Source of the DNA: Candidatus Bathyarchaeia archaeon
Lineage (GTDB): Archaea; Thermoproteota; Bathyarchaeia; 40CM-2-53-6
Length of the DNA: 64,000 bases
Assembly: GCA_050013255.1 (NCBI GenBank)
Contig: JBEKFP010000001.1
Coordinates: 160,001 to 224,000 of the forward strand
Direction of reading: 5' to 3'
The notes below the pieces were generated by a model, which did no database searches, was not told the origin of the DNA, and was given only the letters and a program-made list of their open reading frames with translations. Of the stretch, positions 1 to 9,901 are shown piece after piece; the stretch's first letter is position 1, and each line of letters starts with the position of its first letter. The position numbers and the translations under genes are program-made.

Positions 1-2832
1 CTGTCAAAAGCGATTCAGGAAGCCCTAGCTGAGTCCGGCATTAGGAAGCCTACGCCCCCACAACTGGTCGCTATTCCGAAGATCATGGGTGGTACGAATG
101 TTCTGCTGATTGCCCCGACCGGTTCGGGGAAGACTGAAGCAGTTCTACTCCCGATCCTAGACCAGCTCACGAAGCTGGAAAACCGACAAGGGATTTCGGT
201 AATATACATAACGCCATTGCGAGCATTGAACCGGGACCTCATGAAACGCCTCGATTTCTGGCGAACAAAACTTGAATTCACAGTTGAGGTGAGACACGGA
301 GATACGCCGCAGAAGGAGAGACGCAGACAGGCAATCAAACCGCCAGATTTCCTGGTTACAACACCTGAAACGTTGCAAGCAATCCTTCCCGGCAGACTGA
401 TGCGTTCCCACCTGCAGCACGTTCGGTGGGTTGTCATCGACGAAGTTCATGAACTTGCGGGCGACAGACGTGGCGTCCAGTTGATGATTGGGCTTGAGAG
501 ACTCAGAAAGTTAACGGGCCATGAATTCCAGAGGATCGGCCTATCAGCCACTGTTGGGAATCCGGAGCAAATCGGGGCATTCATAGCGGGAAACAGACCA
601 TATGAGGTAATCCAGGTTCTACCTCCGAAAGCGGCAAAGTACTTCGTTGAATTTCCGCACCCAACCGACGAAGACAACATAGTGGCACAGAGTCTGTACA
701 CCGCTCCTGAGGCAGCCGCCCGACTGAATAGGATATGGGAATTAGTCGAGGACCATGAATCGACCTTAATCTTCGTCAACAGCCGCACCAACGCGGAAAC
801 CTTGGGGTCGAAGTTCCATCAACTTAAACGAAACGTGGGCGTTCACCACGGCTCCCTGCCCAAGGAAGAAAGAGTGCGGGTTGAGGATGATTTCAAGAAC
901 GGCAGAATCAAAGCCTTAGTCTGCACTTCAACGCTTGAACTCGGAATAGATATTGGAAATGTGGATTTGACAATCCAATACATGTCACCTCGCCAGGTTT
1001 CAAGCCTTATCCAGCGTGTGGGACGATCAGGTCACAGACTGGATCGAGTGTCCCAAGGCTCAATTTTGGCTGTGTCAACGGAAGACATCTTAGAATCTGT
1101 TGCCGCGGTTCAAAAAGCACAGGAGAAATCAATTGAACCAGTGCAGATTCATGAGAAGACGCTCGATGTGCTCGCGCACCAAATCACTGGTACCGTCTTG
1201 GAATCGGAAAATGGGATCAAGGCTGACGAAGTATTCGGACTGATACGGCAAGCCTACGCGTATCGAGAGTTGTCTAGGGAAGAATTTGACAGAGTGGCCT
1301 CCTTCATGGAGACGATGCGTTACCTCAGAGAAGAAGGAGGCTTGCTATTTCGCGGGAGCAGAACCCGTCAATACTACTTCGAAAATCTCTCTATGATCCC
1401 CGACGAACGAAGGTACCAAGTCATCGATGTTTCAACTCAGCAGTCTGTGGGAATTCTAGGCGAGGAATTCATGATGACCAAGGCAAGGTTGGGCTTGCAT
1501 TTCATCATAAAAGGGAGGGTTTGGCAGATCGAGCAGATCTCTGATGATGCTCGTGTCTACGTGACTCCGGTTGAAGACCCAACTGCCGCCGTTCCAGGAT
1601 GGGACGGAGAGATGCTGCCTATCCATTTTGACCTAGCTCAGAGAGTCGGCCAACTACGATCAGAAGTCGCGCAATCACTTGAAACCAGTGCACCGACATC
1701 CGTGGTCACACTCCTCAGCGGTACATGGCCGACAGAGCGTTTCGCCATACGCAAGGTCGTCGAGGAGATTGACGGCCATAGAAAAATGGGTGCACCGGTT
1801 CCAACCGACAAACGGATTGTACTGGAAGCATTTGATAGGTTCCTGATAGTCCACGCCTCGTTCGGCGAAACCGTGAACAATACCCTTGGAGAAGTCTACG
1901 AGGAACTGCTCTCCAGAAAGGGCCTAGTAGGGCAGTGGTGGGCTGATGGCTACCGCATCCTACTAGAATTAACCAGCCCCACCGACGACCTTTCCTTGGA
2001 GGAAATGCGCGCAACCATCTTCGATCTTGATGCGGGCGTTCTGGAAGGCGTATTCAAAGGCGTATTGCACAGACACTTTCCGTTTGGTTACTACATGAAA
2101 TTCATCGCCGAACGTTTCGGGGCCATGCGGCGCGGGCTTATGTTCTCAGGTGACAACCTCAGGGAACTTGGCTTACGTTTCCGGATGACGCCAATCTATG
2201 ATGAAACAATTCGTGAAGCGCTGATGCTTCATGTAGATTACCCCCGCGTGCGAGAAATCTACCGAATGATAAGAGAAGGCGGGATGGAAGTTGCACTCTT
2301 CAGGGCGGGAGAAAAGCCGACCCCGTTAGGTTTTCACCTTCTCAACAAGCATGTCGACGTACCGGAATTAATCGCTCCAGAGACTGTGGAGAGGGATACG
2401 ATTGCGAGGCTCCGGTACAGCTTGGGGAATATGACTGTTGATTTGCTCTGCTTCGAATGTGGAGAATTGATGCAGGCCCAAGTTGTCAAGGCTCTCCCAA
2501 ACAAGCCTAAGTGCTCATCCTGCAGCTCCGGCCTGTTGGCTGTATCTACGTGGTCCACGGACTATCCCTCCCGTTTATTGGAGAAGAAACTTAAGGTTAA
2601 GACTCTGGAGGACGCGGAAAGAGATAAGCTCGCCCGAGCCAGGCGCTCAGCCGACCTCGTCCTTTCATACGGACAACGAGCCGTAATAGCGCAGTGCGTT
2701 TACGGCATCGGACCGCAAACAGCCGGCCGAATCCTCGCGAAGATGCATGACGACGAGAAGACGTTTTACAAGGATCTCTTGGAAGCGAAACTCAAGTTCA
2801 TAACGACAAGGCCGTTTTGGGATAAGCCTTAG
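1..2832 (+). CDS. lhr: Lhr-family ATP-dependent helicase with C-terminal Zn finger (5' end outside window)
   Basis: Motifs APTGSGKT, DEVH, SAT, HHGSL, QRVGRSGH; C-terminal CFEC..CSSC; frame is open back to base 1. Confidence 0.93.
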   Translation: MSKAIQEALAESGIRKPTPPQLVAIPKIMGGTNVLLIAPTGSGKTEAVLLPILDQLTKLENRQGISVIYITPLRALNRDLMKRLDFWRTKLEFTVEVRHGDTPQKERRRQAIKPPDFLVTTPETLQAILPGRLMRSHLQHVRWVVIDEVHELAGDRRGVQLMIGLERLRKLTGHEFQRIGLSATVGNPEQIGAFIAGNRPYEVIQVLPPKAAKYFVEFPHPTDEDNIVAQSLYTAPEAAARLNRIWELVEDHESTLIFVNSRTNAETLGSKFHQLKRNVGVHHGSLPKEERVRVEDDFKNGRIKALVCTSTLELGIDIGNVDLTIQYMSPRQVSSLIQRVGRSGHRLDRVSQGSILAVSTEDILESVAAVQKAQEKSIEPVQIHEKTLDVLAHQITGTVLESENGIKADEVFGLIRQAYAYRELSREEFDRVASFMETMRYLREEGGLLFRGSRTRQYYFENLSMIPDERRYQVIDVSTQQSVGILGEEFMMTKARLGLHFIIKGRVWQIEQISDDARVYVTPVEDPTAAVPGWDGEMLPIHFDLAQRVGQLRSEVAQSLETSAPTSVVTLLSGTWPTERFAIRKVVEEIDGHRKMGAPVPTDKRIVLEAFDRFLIVHASFGETVNNTLGEVYEELLSRKGLVGQWWADGYRILLELTSPTDDLSLEEMRATIFDLDAGVLEGVFKGVLHRHFPFGYYMKFIAERFGAMRRGLMFSGDNLRELGLRFRMTPIYDETIREALMLHVDYPRVREIYRMIREGGMEVALFRAGEKPTPLGFHLLNKHVDVPELIAPETVERDTIARLRYSLGNMTVDLLCFECGELMQAQVVKALPNKPKCSSCSSGLLAVSTWSTDYPSRLLEKKLKVKTLEDAERDKLARARRSADLVLSYGQRAVIAQCVYGIGPQTAGRILAKMHDDEKTFYKDLLEAKLKFITTRPFWDKP

Positions 2833-2917
2833 GTAGAAAAGTAGAACAAATTCCTTTTTCTAACGTAGCTCTAAGTGTTCCAAGCCACTTTAAATCGCCT
2901 AACGACCAAGGATTTCT

Positions 2918-2962
2918 TCAGTGATTGGGTTGTACCATTTACACCAACACGAATTTCATCAC
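2918..2962 (-). ncRNA. Possible C/D-box sRNA
   Basis: Minus strand GTGATGA (box C) ... CTGA (box D) spanning 45 nt in an intergenic gap; internal C'/D' poor. Confidence 0.25.
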
Positions 2963-3137
2963 GCTATGCCTTTGGGCATCATGAGTTGTGTCTACTGTGG
3001 ATTGCGAAAGGCCGTTTACAAGGAACGACTATCAGCCAGAATGTACTCTGCTGGACGCTGATGAGTTAGTAGGCGTGAAAACGCTCGATTTTTAAGCGCT
3101 AGGCTGCTCAGCCCCGACAAATTCGGGGCTATGCCTT

Positions 3138-3794
3138 GTGGTAGCAGAGCTTGAACGTAGACTGGTTGAGCTGAGGTTTATTGAAGGCATCGAGAAAGTT
3201 GAGCACGTACCCTACCCTACGGGTGACCAGTTCTGGGTCCGTTTCAACCGCCCGTTGGATTTCGCGCACCTCAAGGACTTGGTCAAGAAGCACGGTTACC
3301 TCATTGTCGAATTCGCGAAACTGCCGTCGAAGCTGCCCCGCGGCCTCTCCGAGATGCTATGGAATGGGGTCACTCATGTTATTGCTAGGAAGATGAGTGG
3401 ATGGTCAAAGTTCACTTCATCCCTAGGCCTTGAACCAGAAGGAATTGCAAAAATCGCATGCGACCTACACGGCCAATACCAGATCTTCATTGCTACGACT
3501 GAAGAAGGCGTCGAATTATTGTACGAGTATCTCGGAGTGAAATATGTCCCACCAGCCCCGCCTCCACCCGTTACCCCAGCCAAACCGCCCATGCCTGCTA
3601 CCGGAAAATCAGCGCCCGTTGTCGCTAGGCCGGCCACCCCCGCTGCCCCAGTTAAGCCACCAACCGCTGGCCAACCATCACAGCCGACACCTGCGCAACC
3701 TGCTCCCCCACAGCCACCCGGAGCCGCCGCTAAACCTACGACCGCTGCATTAATCCAACCTAAGAAAGACCCGACTACACAGCCCACGAGCTGA
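3138..3794 (+). CDS. Hypothetical protein with Pro/Ala-rich disordered C-terminal tail
   Basis: 218-aa ORF, globular N-terminal ~135 aa, TTTTTAAG TATA-like element upstream. Confidence 0.75.
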   Translation: MVAELERRLVELRFIEGIEKVEHVPYPTGDQFWVRFNRPLDFAHLKDLVKKHGYLIVEFAKLPSKLPRGLSEMLWNGVTHVIARKMSGWSKFTSSLGLEPEGIAKIACDLHGQYQIFIATTEEGVELLYEYLGVKYVPPAPPPPVTPAKPPMPATGKSAPVVARPATPAAPVKPPTAGQPSQPTPAQPAPPQPPGAAAKPTTAALIQPKKDPTTQPTS

Positions 3795-3798
3795 CCAT

Positions 3799-3906
3799 TT
3801 AGGTTGGTGGAAGCGAATCAACCTTCTTCGGTTCGACAGTGAAGGATACGTCTTCATCAACATCGAGAGAGTCTGAATAAAGGGCCTCACCTAGGACTGT
3901 CGGCAT
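3799..3906 (-). CDS. Possible acidic microprotein (35 aa, MPTVLGEALYSDSLDVDEDVSFTVEPKKVDSLPPT)
   Basis: Hand-translated ATG-TAA ORF in an intergenic gap; no motif. Confidence 0.3.
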   Translation of the reverse strand: MPTVLGEALYSDSLDVDEDVSFTVEPKKVDSLPPT

Positions 3907-4036
3907 ATATGTCTACACGAGAGCGTTTCTTCAAAGAAGCCGCCAGCCCAAGAGTCCCCCAGGCAGGCCTAGTAAGGTTTCCAACCGGAAAGGAATTCTT
4001 GCGAAGAACAAGATGACACCAGGCCGGTCTACGTTG

Positions 4037-4999
4037 TTAGCTTCCAAACGTTTCGATGCACGGTCGAACATTGGAATCAAGATCACCCGGCGTATAGGAA
4101 GGCTGAATCACGGGCAGCTTCACTCCCGCGCGCCTGTATTCGCTAACTCTCTTCAAGCAATCCTGCGAAGACCCGACGATGAGTAGGTCTCGCGCCATTC
4201 GTTCCGGTACCTGTAATAGAGCGTTTTCCATGCCGCCCTTCGCCCATGCTTCCTTGAGAAGGTCCGCTTCCTGCCTGTATCCCATCTTCCGGTATAGCCG
4301 CCTGTAATGTATTGACCGCCCATAACCAGCAACAGTCTGACGCGCCTCCTTCATCACCCTCTCACCGTCCTCCATGAGAAACGTTGGCAGGTAGCATGCG
4401 ACATCAACCTCACCGAATGGCCGATTTGCCTTCTCAGCCCCTTCTTGGACAGCTTTGACCAGTTCCCTTGCTCGATTTGGCGAAACGAGCACGAAAATAA
4501 CACCATCCGCAATCTCGCCAGCGACACTCGCCAGCCGCTCACTTACCGTGGCCACGTAAATCGGAATCCGGTGGCGTACGGGTTGAAGATTCAGTTTGAG
4601 GTTCCTTATCTGAATATGTTTGCCTTCATAGTTAACTTGACTTCCGCCTACAAGTTTTCGGAAGACGTCGATGTACTCTCGCATTCGGTTGATCGGGTCG
4701 CTGAAATCCATTGAGTGGTATGGGCTTATGACCCAGTGTCCCGTCCCAATCCCTAGAATCATTCGGGCCTTGGACATTTCATCCAGGGTAGCCATAGTTG
4801 AGGCGATCAACGTGACGGATCTAGAGAAGACGTTGATTATCCCTGTGGCTAGGCCAATGCGTTCTGTTGAAACAGAGAGCGCGCCTAGGTAGGAGATGGC
4901 ATCCTTTCCCGGAGTGAGACTGCTCTCGACTACCCAAGCAGATTCGAACCCTCGCTTTTCAGCCTCTTTCACGGAGGTTAACGTGTCACCGATTGTCAT
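4037..4999 (-). CDS. LLM-class (luciferase-like, likely F420-dependent) oxidoreductase
   Basis: GFESAWVVE, LATGIINVFSR, ATLDEMSKARMILGIGTG, AGEIADG motifs. Confidence 0.88.
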   Translation of the reverse strand: MTIGDTLTSVKEAEKRGFESAWVVESSLTPGKDAISYLGALSVSTERIGLATGIINVFSRSVTLIASTMATLDEMSKARMILGIGTGHWVISPYHSMDFSDPINRMREYIDVFRKLVGGSQVNYEGKHIQIRNLKLNLQPVRHRIPIYVATVSERLASVAGEIADGVIFVLVSPNRARELVKAVQEGAEKANRPFGEVDVACYLPTFLMEDGERVMKEARQTVAGYGRSIHYRRLYRKMGYRQEADLLKEAWAKGGMENALLQVPERMARDLLIVGSSQDCLKRVSEYRRAGVKLPVIQPSYTPGDLDSNVRPCIETFGS

Positions 5000-5306
5000 A
5001 CTGCTCCAAACGCCGAAGCCGATTCTATCCGTAGAAACTCACCGTACCTGAACTGAGATTTGCCAGCTAAATAAGACTGGGGAGGCCAGACCGAATTATT
5101 CACAGCCATCGCATAGATAACTCCAGTATGGCTGCGAAAGCGGCGGTCAGGGCCGGAGTCGCAAGCATCCTCATCGCTATTTTCTATTCAGAGGCTTTGA
5201 AGTTTCGGCGATACGAAGAGGCGAGCTACAAGAGTCCTATCGGGAGCATTCCGTTGCTTCCGACATGCTATTCTAGAAGTAGGCCACTGAGCATAGCGGC
5301 CGGTTT

Positions 5307-5415
5307 GCCGGGGTAGCCAAGAGACCGGTATCCGGTCGGGCAACCTGGTATGGCGTCGGATTGCTAATCCGATGATCGCAAGGTCTCGTGGGTTCAAATC
5401 CCACCCCCGGCGCCA
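5307..5415 (+). tRNA. tRNA-Ser(GCT) with ~22-nt D-loop intron (~5322-5343) and encoded CCA
   Basis: Acceptor GCCGGGG/CCCCGGC, anticodon arm TCGGA-TTGCTAA-TCCGA, long variable arm, GGTTCAAATCC; intron hairpin GACCGG-TAT-CCGGTC. Confidence 0.93.
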
Positions 5416-5530
5416 ACTCCTTCCGTCTATCCTAGACGTAGGAGAGAAGAGAGGGAGATTGTTACCACAGATATGCTTGATGTCTTGCTCTGAGACTTTT
5501 CTCCGCCGCTGTATTTTAAACGAGGACGGT

Positions 5531-6379
5531 TCACTTGTCATTCATGAAAATTGCACTCATCTCTCTCGGGTTCACGGCCTCAGCTGCGAAGGAAAAAGTA
5601 CCATGCTCCCTCATTTCGCGGGCAGCGCGAAGAAAGGCGCCAAGGGCGGTGCGACAGAGCGCGCTCCCAACGCTTACCCGTTTGACTCCGATCTCTGAGA
5701 GTTCAGCTAAGCTTAGTTGAACGCCTTGCAGCCCCATCACCACGTTCACGGGGCGGTTCACAGAGTTGACAACTGCTGCAATATCCGCCTTAGTAGCTAG
5801 GCCCGGGGCATACAGGACATCCGCCCCCGCCTCTTCATACGCTTGCAGCCGCTTGATAGTATCTGCAAGGTCTGACCGACCATGCCAATAGTTCTCCGCA
5901 CGAGCGGTCAAAGTGAAAGGAAACGGAAGGGCACGCGCCGCCGCTACCGCCGCCCGAACTCGCTCAATCGCAGGCTCTATTTCATAGATCGGATGGTCCG
6001 AGCGCCCGGTTGCATCTTCGATTGAACCCCCGACAACTCCTGCAGCGGCGGCAAGTCTGATTGTTTCGGCAACGACTTCAGGCGAATCTCCAAATCCATT
6101 CTCAAGATCGGCGCTTACAGGCAGCTGGGTGGCTGACGCAATTGCAGACGCGTACGCCAACGTCTCATCGCGGTCAAGGGTGTTATCTCGCCTCCCGAGA
6201 GAAAACGCGTAACCCATACTAGGAGTAGCAAGCGCCTCAAACCCCACGTGTGCCAGCAGGCGCGCGGTACCTACATCCCACGGATTGGGAATGATGAATG
6301 CGCCACTACGCTCATGAAGTGCCCGAAAAACCCGTCCCCTCTCCGCCTGCGTCGCCAAAGCTCCATCGCTCGAAGTCAT
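5531..6379 (-). CDS. Isocitrate lyase/PEP mutase family protein
   Basis: PNPWDVGTAR, PVSADLENGFG, GGSIEDA, ARAEN, GADVLYAPG. Confidence 0.9.
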   Translation of the reverse strand: MTSSDGALATQAERGRVFRALHERSGAFIIPNPWDVGTARLLAHVGFEALATPSMGYAFSLGRRDNTLDRDETLAYASAIASATQLPVSADLENGFGDSPEVVAETIRLAAAAGVVGGSIEDATGRSDHPIYEIEPAIERVRAAVAAARALPFPFTLTARAENYWHGRSDLADTIKRLQAYEEAGADVLYAPGLATKADIAAVVNSVNRPVNVVMGLQGVQLSLAELSEIGVKRVSVGSALCRTALGAFLRAAREMREHGTFSFAAEAVNPREMSAIFMNDK

Positions 6380-6716
6380 CGCAATCGCGCCTCCTTAGCT
6401 TCGGCAATGAGGAGAAAAACATTGTGGGTGTGCGGCGAGCCATTCGGGAATTCTATGGTGAAAATCGTCGGCGATTGGAGATTAGGACTGAGCGGATTTG
6501 GAACGTAGCCTTGAATATTCTTGTCATACTGCTCTCGGCCATTGTTGGATTCGTATTCGGTCGACTGGGTTCCAGATAGAATTGCAGAGTGTTCTGATTT
6601 GCGCGGTGCCGCAAGAGTTCTCTAGGTTCAGGTGCTTTTTCCTTTTTCTTGCGGGGGTGCGCACCACGACACATTTAATCATCGTTAGGCCCTGGAAGTA
6701 CAGAGAGGAGAGCAAG

Positions 6717-7061
6717 ATGAGCAACGAACAGGTGGCACCTGAGACGAAAGGCGTTACGGTGAAGTTACTTGCAACGGTTGACCTTGGCCCTGAGATCGAG
6801 GGCATGGCAGGGCGCCAGCTTCGAATGCGTATGGTGACCATCGAGCCTGGAGGCGTCATTGGCCCGCTTCACGACCATAAAGACAGACCAGGCACCGTCT
6901 ACATACTGCAAGGAACGATCACTGACCATCGAAATGGAGTCGCTACGGACTTTGGGCCGGGAGTGGGCTGGCCCGAGGATAGGAATACCATACACTGGCT
7001 TGAGAACAGAGGAACGATTCCGGCGGTGGAGATCTCGGTCGATATAGTCAGGCAAGAGTAA
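6717..7061 (+). CDS. Cupin-domain protein
   Basis: TIEPGG..HDHKDRPGTVYILQG, HWLENRG; ATG 6717 after GGAG. Confidence 0.88.
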   Translation: MSNEQVAPETKGVTVKLLATVDLGPEIEGMAGRQLRMRMVTIEPGGVIGPLHDHKDRPGTVYILQGTITDHRNGVATDFGPGVGWPEDRNTIHWLENRGTIPAVEISVDIVRQE

Positions 7062-7303
7062 GCTCAGGCTGAAAGACTGCGTGGGATACGCACCACGAGA
7101 CACACACACCTCCCCCCAAAAAAACGGATAAACCCAGAAAAAAGAATAAACTGCGAACACAGAGTCAAATTATGACGCTCACATCATTAGAGCCATGCAG
7201 GAAGAATCAGAGTTCTATTATGCTGTAAGCGCGCGCTAGAACCCAACCTTTGTGTTTTGTGCTCCTCTGGTTGCAGCAGCGATTTCGATAACAAAAGAGC
7301 GCA

Positions 7304-7507
7304 TCACGTCGATCCCTTCTCGAGTAGCCTGAGTCTTGCACGTCGTAGTTGTTGCTCGTCCAGTTTGTTGAAGTATTCTGTTAGCGCCTGCCTTATGGCT
7401 TCAGGCTTCGAGCCAACAACTCCTCTCTGGATTATTTCGTCCAATCTTCTTGCCAGTTCGCCTGTGAGGTCGAAATCTATTCTCGTGCTATAGCGGTCGT
7501 TCTGCAT
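7304..7507 (-). CDS. Ribbon-helix-helix (CopG-like) DNA-binding protein
   Basis: TRIDFDL-TGELARRLDEII-SKPEAIRQAL pattern. Confidence 0.7.
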   Translation of the reverse strand: MQNDRYSTRIDFDLTGELARRLDEIIQRGVVGSKPEAIRQALTEYFNKLDEQQLRRARLRLLEKGST

Positions 7508-7772
7508 CCTCCACTTTCCCCTCTTCCCTGTCGTGGGTTTCGATTTTATCGTCGTCTGCTTCAGAGAGCAGCTGGTCAAGGTCTATGGTGAGTTCGGGGG
7601 GGCTTATAGTAGTGCGGGCAGCTGAAATTGAACTCGACGTGATTGGATGTCGACCTAAGAGTTTAGTGTAAGGTAAGCATTATTCATGAACGATAGTCAG
7701 TTTGCCAGAATCGAAAAACTCAGCGAACGATAAACTTCCGGGGTTCATCCAGCCAAGCACAGAAAACCACGG

Positions 7773-7796
7773 GGGTTCAAATCCCACCCCCGGCGC
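7773..7796 (+). repeat. att-like copy 1 of tRNA-Ser 3' end
   Basis: GGGTTCAAATCCCACCCCCGGCGC identical to 5390-5413. Confidence 0.92.
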
Positions 7797-8006
7797 TTTC
7801 AGCTCCACCCCCTGCATCGAACCTTGAAATCGTAGGAGAAATGGGACAAATATGCCAGTGAGGCTGATCTGTATTTTGTTAGGGGCTGCCGTGCTGCCGA
7901 CGTAGTTCGTAGTTGATTGTGACCGGGTGGCCGCGTTTGTGTCTTATGTCGAACTTGTAGGGGAAATTGTATAAGGATTCCCGCAAATTATCATACAAAT
8001 TGTCGG

Positions 8007-8039
8007 GTGTATAACACCAAAAATTCATGTGTTATACAC
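8007..8039. promoter_or_regulatory. Perfect 11-bp inverted repeat with 11-bp spacer (putative protein-binding/recombination site)
   Basis: GTGTATAACAC-N11-GTGTTATACAC. Confidence 0.5.
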
Positions 8040-8170
8040 GCGCTCAGACCACCCAAGGATTTAGTGCGGACTTCGCATTATAGAAGTACGCGAATCTAAT
8101 TGTCCGACGAAGAAACTCCTCCAAATGAAAATCATCCGGTGTTCGCGGAGTCAAGCACGGGAACTGCGGG

Positions 8171-8194
8171 GGGTTCAAATCCCACCCCCGGCGC
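8171..8194 (+). repeat. att-like copy 2 of tRNA-Ser 3' end
   Basis: 24/24 identical to 5390-5413; the preceding ~40 bp are shared with 11805-11844. Confidence 0.92.
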
Positions 8195-8347
8195 TTTCAA
8201 CGTTACCCACCGTATCATAACTCTGGTTTTGTCGACCAGCCTCTACTGATTATACAAGCCGAATATTCGTGGTTGCTCCTCGGCGTCAAACATCATTACG
8301 TGAGCGCCTGGCGGGACGATGTTTGCAATCCAAGCGCTGATTGCTCC

Positions 8348-8564
8348 TCACTTCCTTATCATCCTTCGAACAATTCTGGAGAGTGGGGCCGTTGAGCAGT
8401 GCGGTCCCCCTACCATGTCCAGGTAGCTGTCATCCCATTTCTTAACGCGGATTCCGTTTTGTTTCAGCGCTTCAAGGGTTGGCTGTGGTTCGGGCGTAGG
8501 ATATGACTATGCCCGCTTTTATGGTCACTATATTGGTTGCACCTCGAGTTTGTTGTTTGATATC
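8348..8564 (-). pseudogene. Frameshifted C-terminal fragment of arginine deiminase/amidinotransferase family gene
   Basis: Hand translation: QQTRGATNIVTIKAGIVISYAR / frameshift / TLEALKQNGIRVKKWDDSYLDMVGGPHCSTAPLSR (GGxxCxTxPLxR motif). Confidence 0.7.
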
Positions 8565-8842
8565 TCAGGATTCTACTCATTTCGCGGAATATGTCCCCTT
8601 AGATCGAGAAATATGAGGCCTTAACGCGTGCTTGATTACTTAGGAAGCATCATTCGAACAGTTTTATCTTTGCGGGACTCTTGTCTCAAGCTGAGTCGAT
8701 ACATGATGGGCATGTTAGCTTTCACGCTCCTAGGGCATTGGTCGCACAAGTGCTTGCAACATACTTGACCTGGCGCGACTGGTCAGTAACTTAGTTCATG
8801 AGAGAAAATCGTTTTCTGATTTTCCAAATTGAGATGGGACGA

Positions 8843-9805
8843 ATGAAGAAGATAGCCGTGGTTACAACTGGTGGTGATGCGCCTGGCATGAATGCTGCCA
8901 TCAGAGGCGTTGTCCGTATCGCCTGTTCAAAGAAGTTCCAAGTTCTGGGTTTCAGGAGAGGGTGGGAAGGCTTGATTACAAATATGTTTACCCAGTTGAC
9001 GCCTCGATCCGTAGGCGGCATTCTACAATTAGGTGGAACAATTCTGCATACATCAAGATGCCCGGAGTTCGAGAAGAAAAAAGGAATCGGGAAAGCTGCG
9101 GAAACTCTCGCATCGAATCATATTGATGGACTCGTTGTCATCGGCGGTAACGGCTCTTTCAAGGGCGCTCTTGAGCTTAGCGAATACACAGATACAATGA
9201 TAGTTGGAATTCCTGCGTCAATCGACAACGATGTCTTTGGAACAGAGGAAACCATAGGTTTTGACACGGCTGCAAACACAGCAGTCGCCGAAATCGATAA
9301 GATCCGAGACACGGCAGTTTCCGAGGAGAGAGTTTTCATGATTGAAGTGATGGGGCGAGAGAGGGGTTTTCTCGCGTTGGAGATCGGCCTCACCGTTGGC
9401 GCGGAGATAATTCTAGTTCCAGAAGTGAAATATCAAAACGAGAACCTCTTCGAGACCGTAAGAGAAAACATGGCCAAAGGAAAGAAGTCAGGCCTGATCG
9501 TGGCGGCTGAAGGAATCGGAGACACTCGTCTTCTTGCAGGACAGATCCAGCGAAACACAAAGGCAGAGGTCAGATTGAGCATCATAGGCTACGCCCAAAG
9601 AGGCGGCAATCCCACGGTGAGGAGCAGGCTCTTGGCCAGCCTATTCGCAAACAAAGCGATCCAGCTATTGTCACACAAAGACGGTAGCAGAGTAGTCGGA
9701 TTGCAAGATGGCGAGATTGGAAGTGTGCAGCTTCAGAAATCATGTAATACGAAGAAAGTGTTGGATCCAAACCTACTTAGACTGGCTAATTTACTTGCAA
9801 CATAA
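8843..9805 (+). CDS. pfkA: ATP-dependent 6-phosphofructokinase, bacterial PfkA type
   Basis: TGGDAPGMNAAIR, GGTIL, GGNGS, PASIDND, IEVMGR, GYAQRGG. Confidence 0.93.
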   Translation: MKKIAVVTTGGDAPGMNAAIRGVVRIACSKKFQVLGFRRGWEGLITNMFTQLTPRSVGGILQLGGTILHTSRCPEFEKKKGIGKAAETLASNHIDGLVVIGGNGSFKGALELSEYTDTMIVGIPASIDNDVFGTEETIGFDTAANTAVAEIDKIRDTAVSEERVFMIEVMGRERGFLALEIGLTVGAEIILVPEVKYQNENLFETVRENMAKGKKSGLIVAAEGIGDTRLLAGQIQRNTKAEVRLSIIGYAQRGGNPTVRSRLLASLFANKAIQLLSHKDGSRVVGLQDGEIGSVQLQKSCNTKKVLDPNLLRLANLLAT

Positions 9806-9901
9806 AAACACAACAACATCTTCGCGTGGAGGTCTTGATACAATACCGAGCAAGGTTTGGGGGATTCGTAGCCCGATCTATTCGGTTGCGGCGTCCGGTT
9901 G

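Noticed and set aside
3545-3790. Pro-rich repeats as a DNA repeat or antisense Gly/Ala ORF
   Set aside because: Simply the low-complexity tail of the plus-strand protein.
6298-6579. 93-aa ORF as an intact gene
   Set aside because: Its 5' part overlaps the PEP-mutase gene antisense; only the C-terminal TM portion looks coding, so it is probably a fragment.
7095-7155. Low-complexity CA/C/A runs as a functional repeat
   Set aside because: No periodic unit or structure; could be low-quality sequence.
8066-8091. loxP site
   Set aside because: Shares ACTTC..GAAGT and an 8-bp spacer, but the arms are not loxP; kept only as a generic IR.
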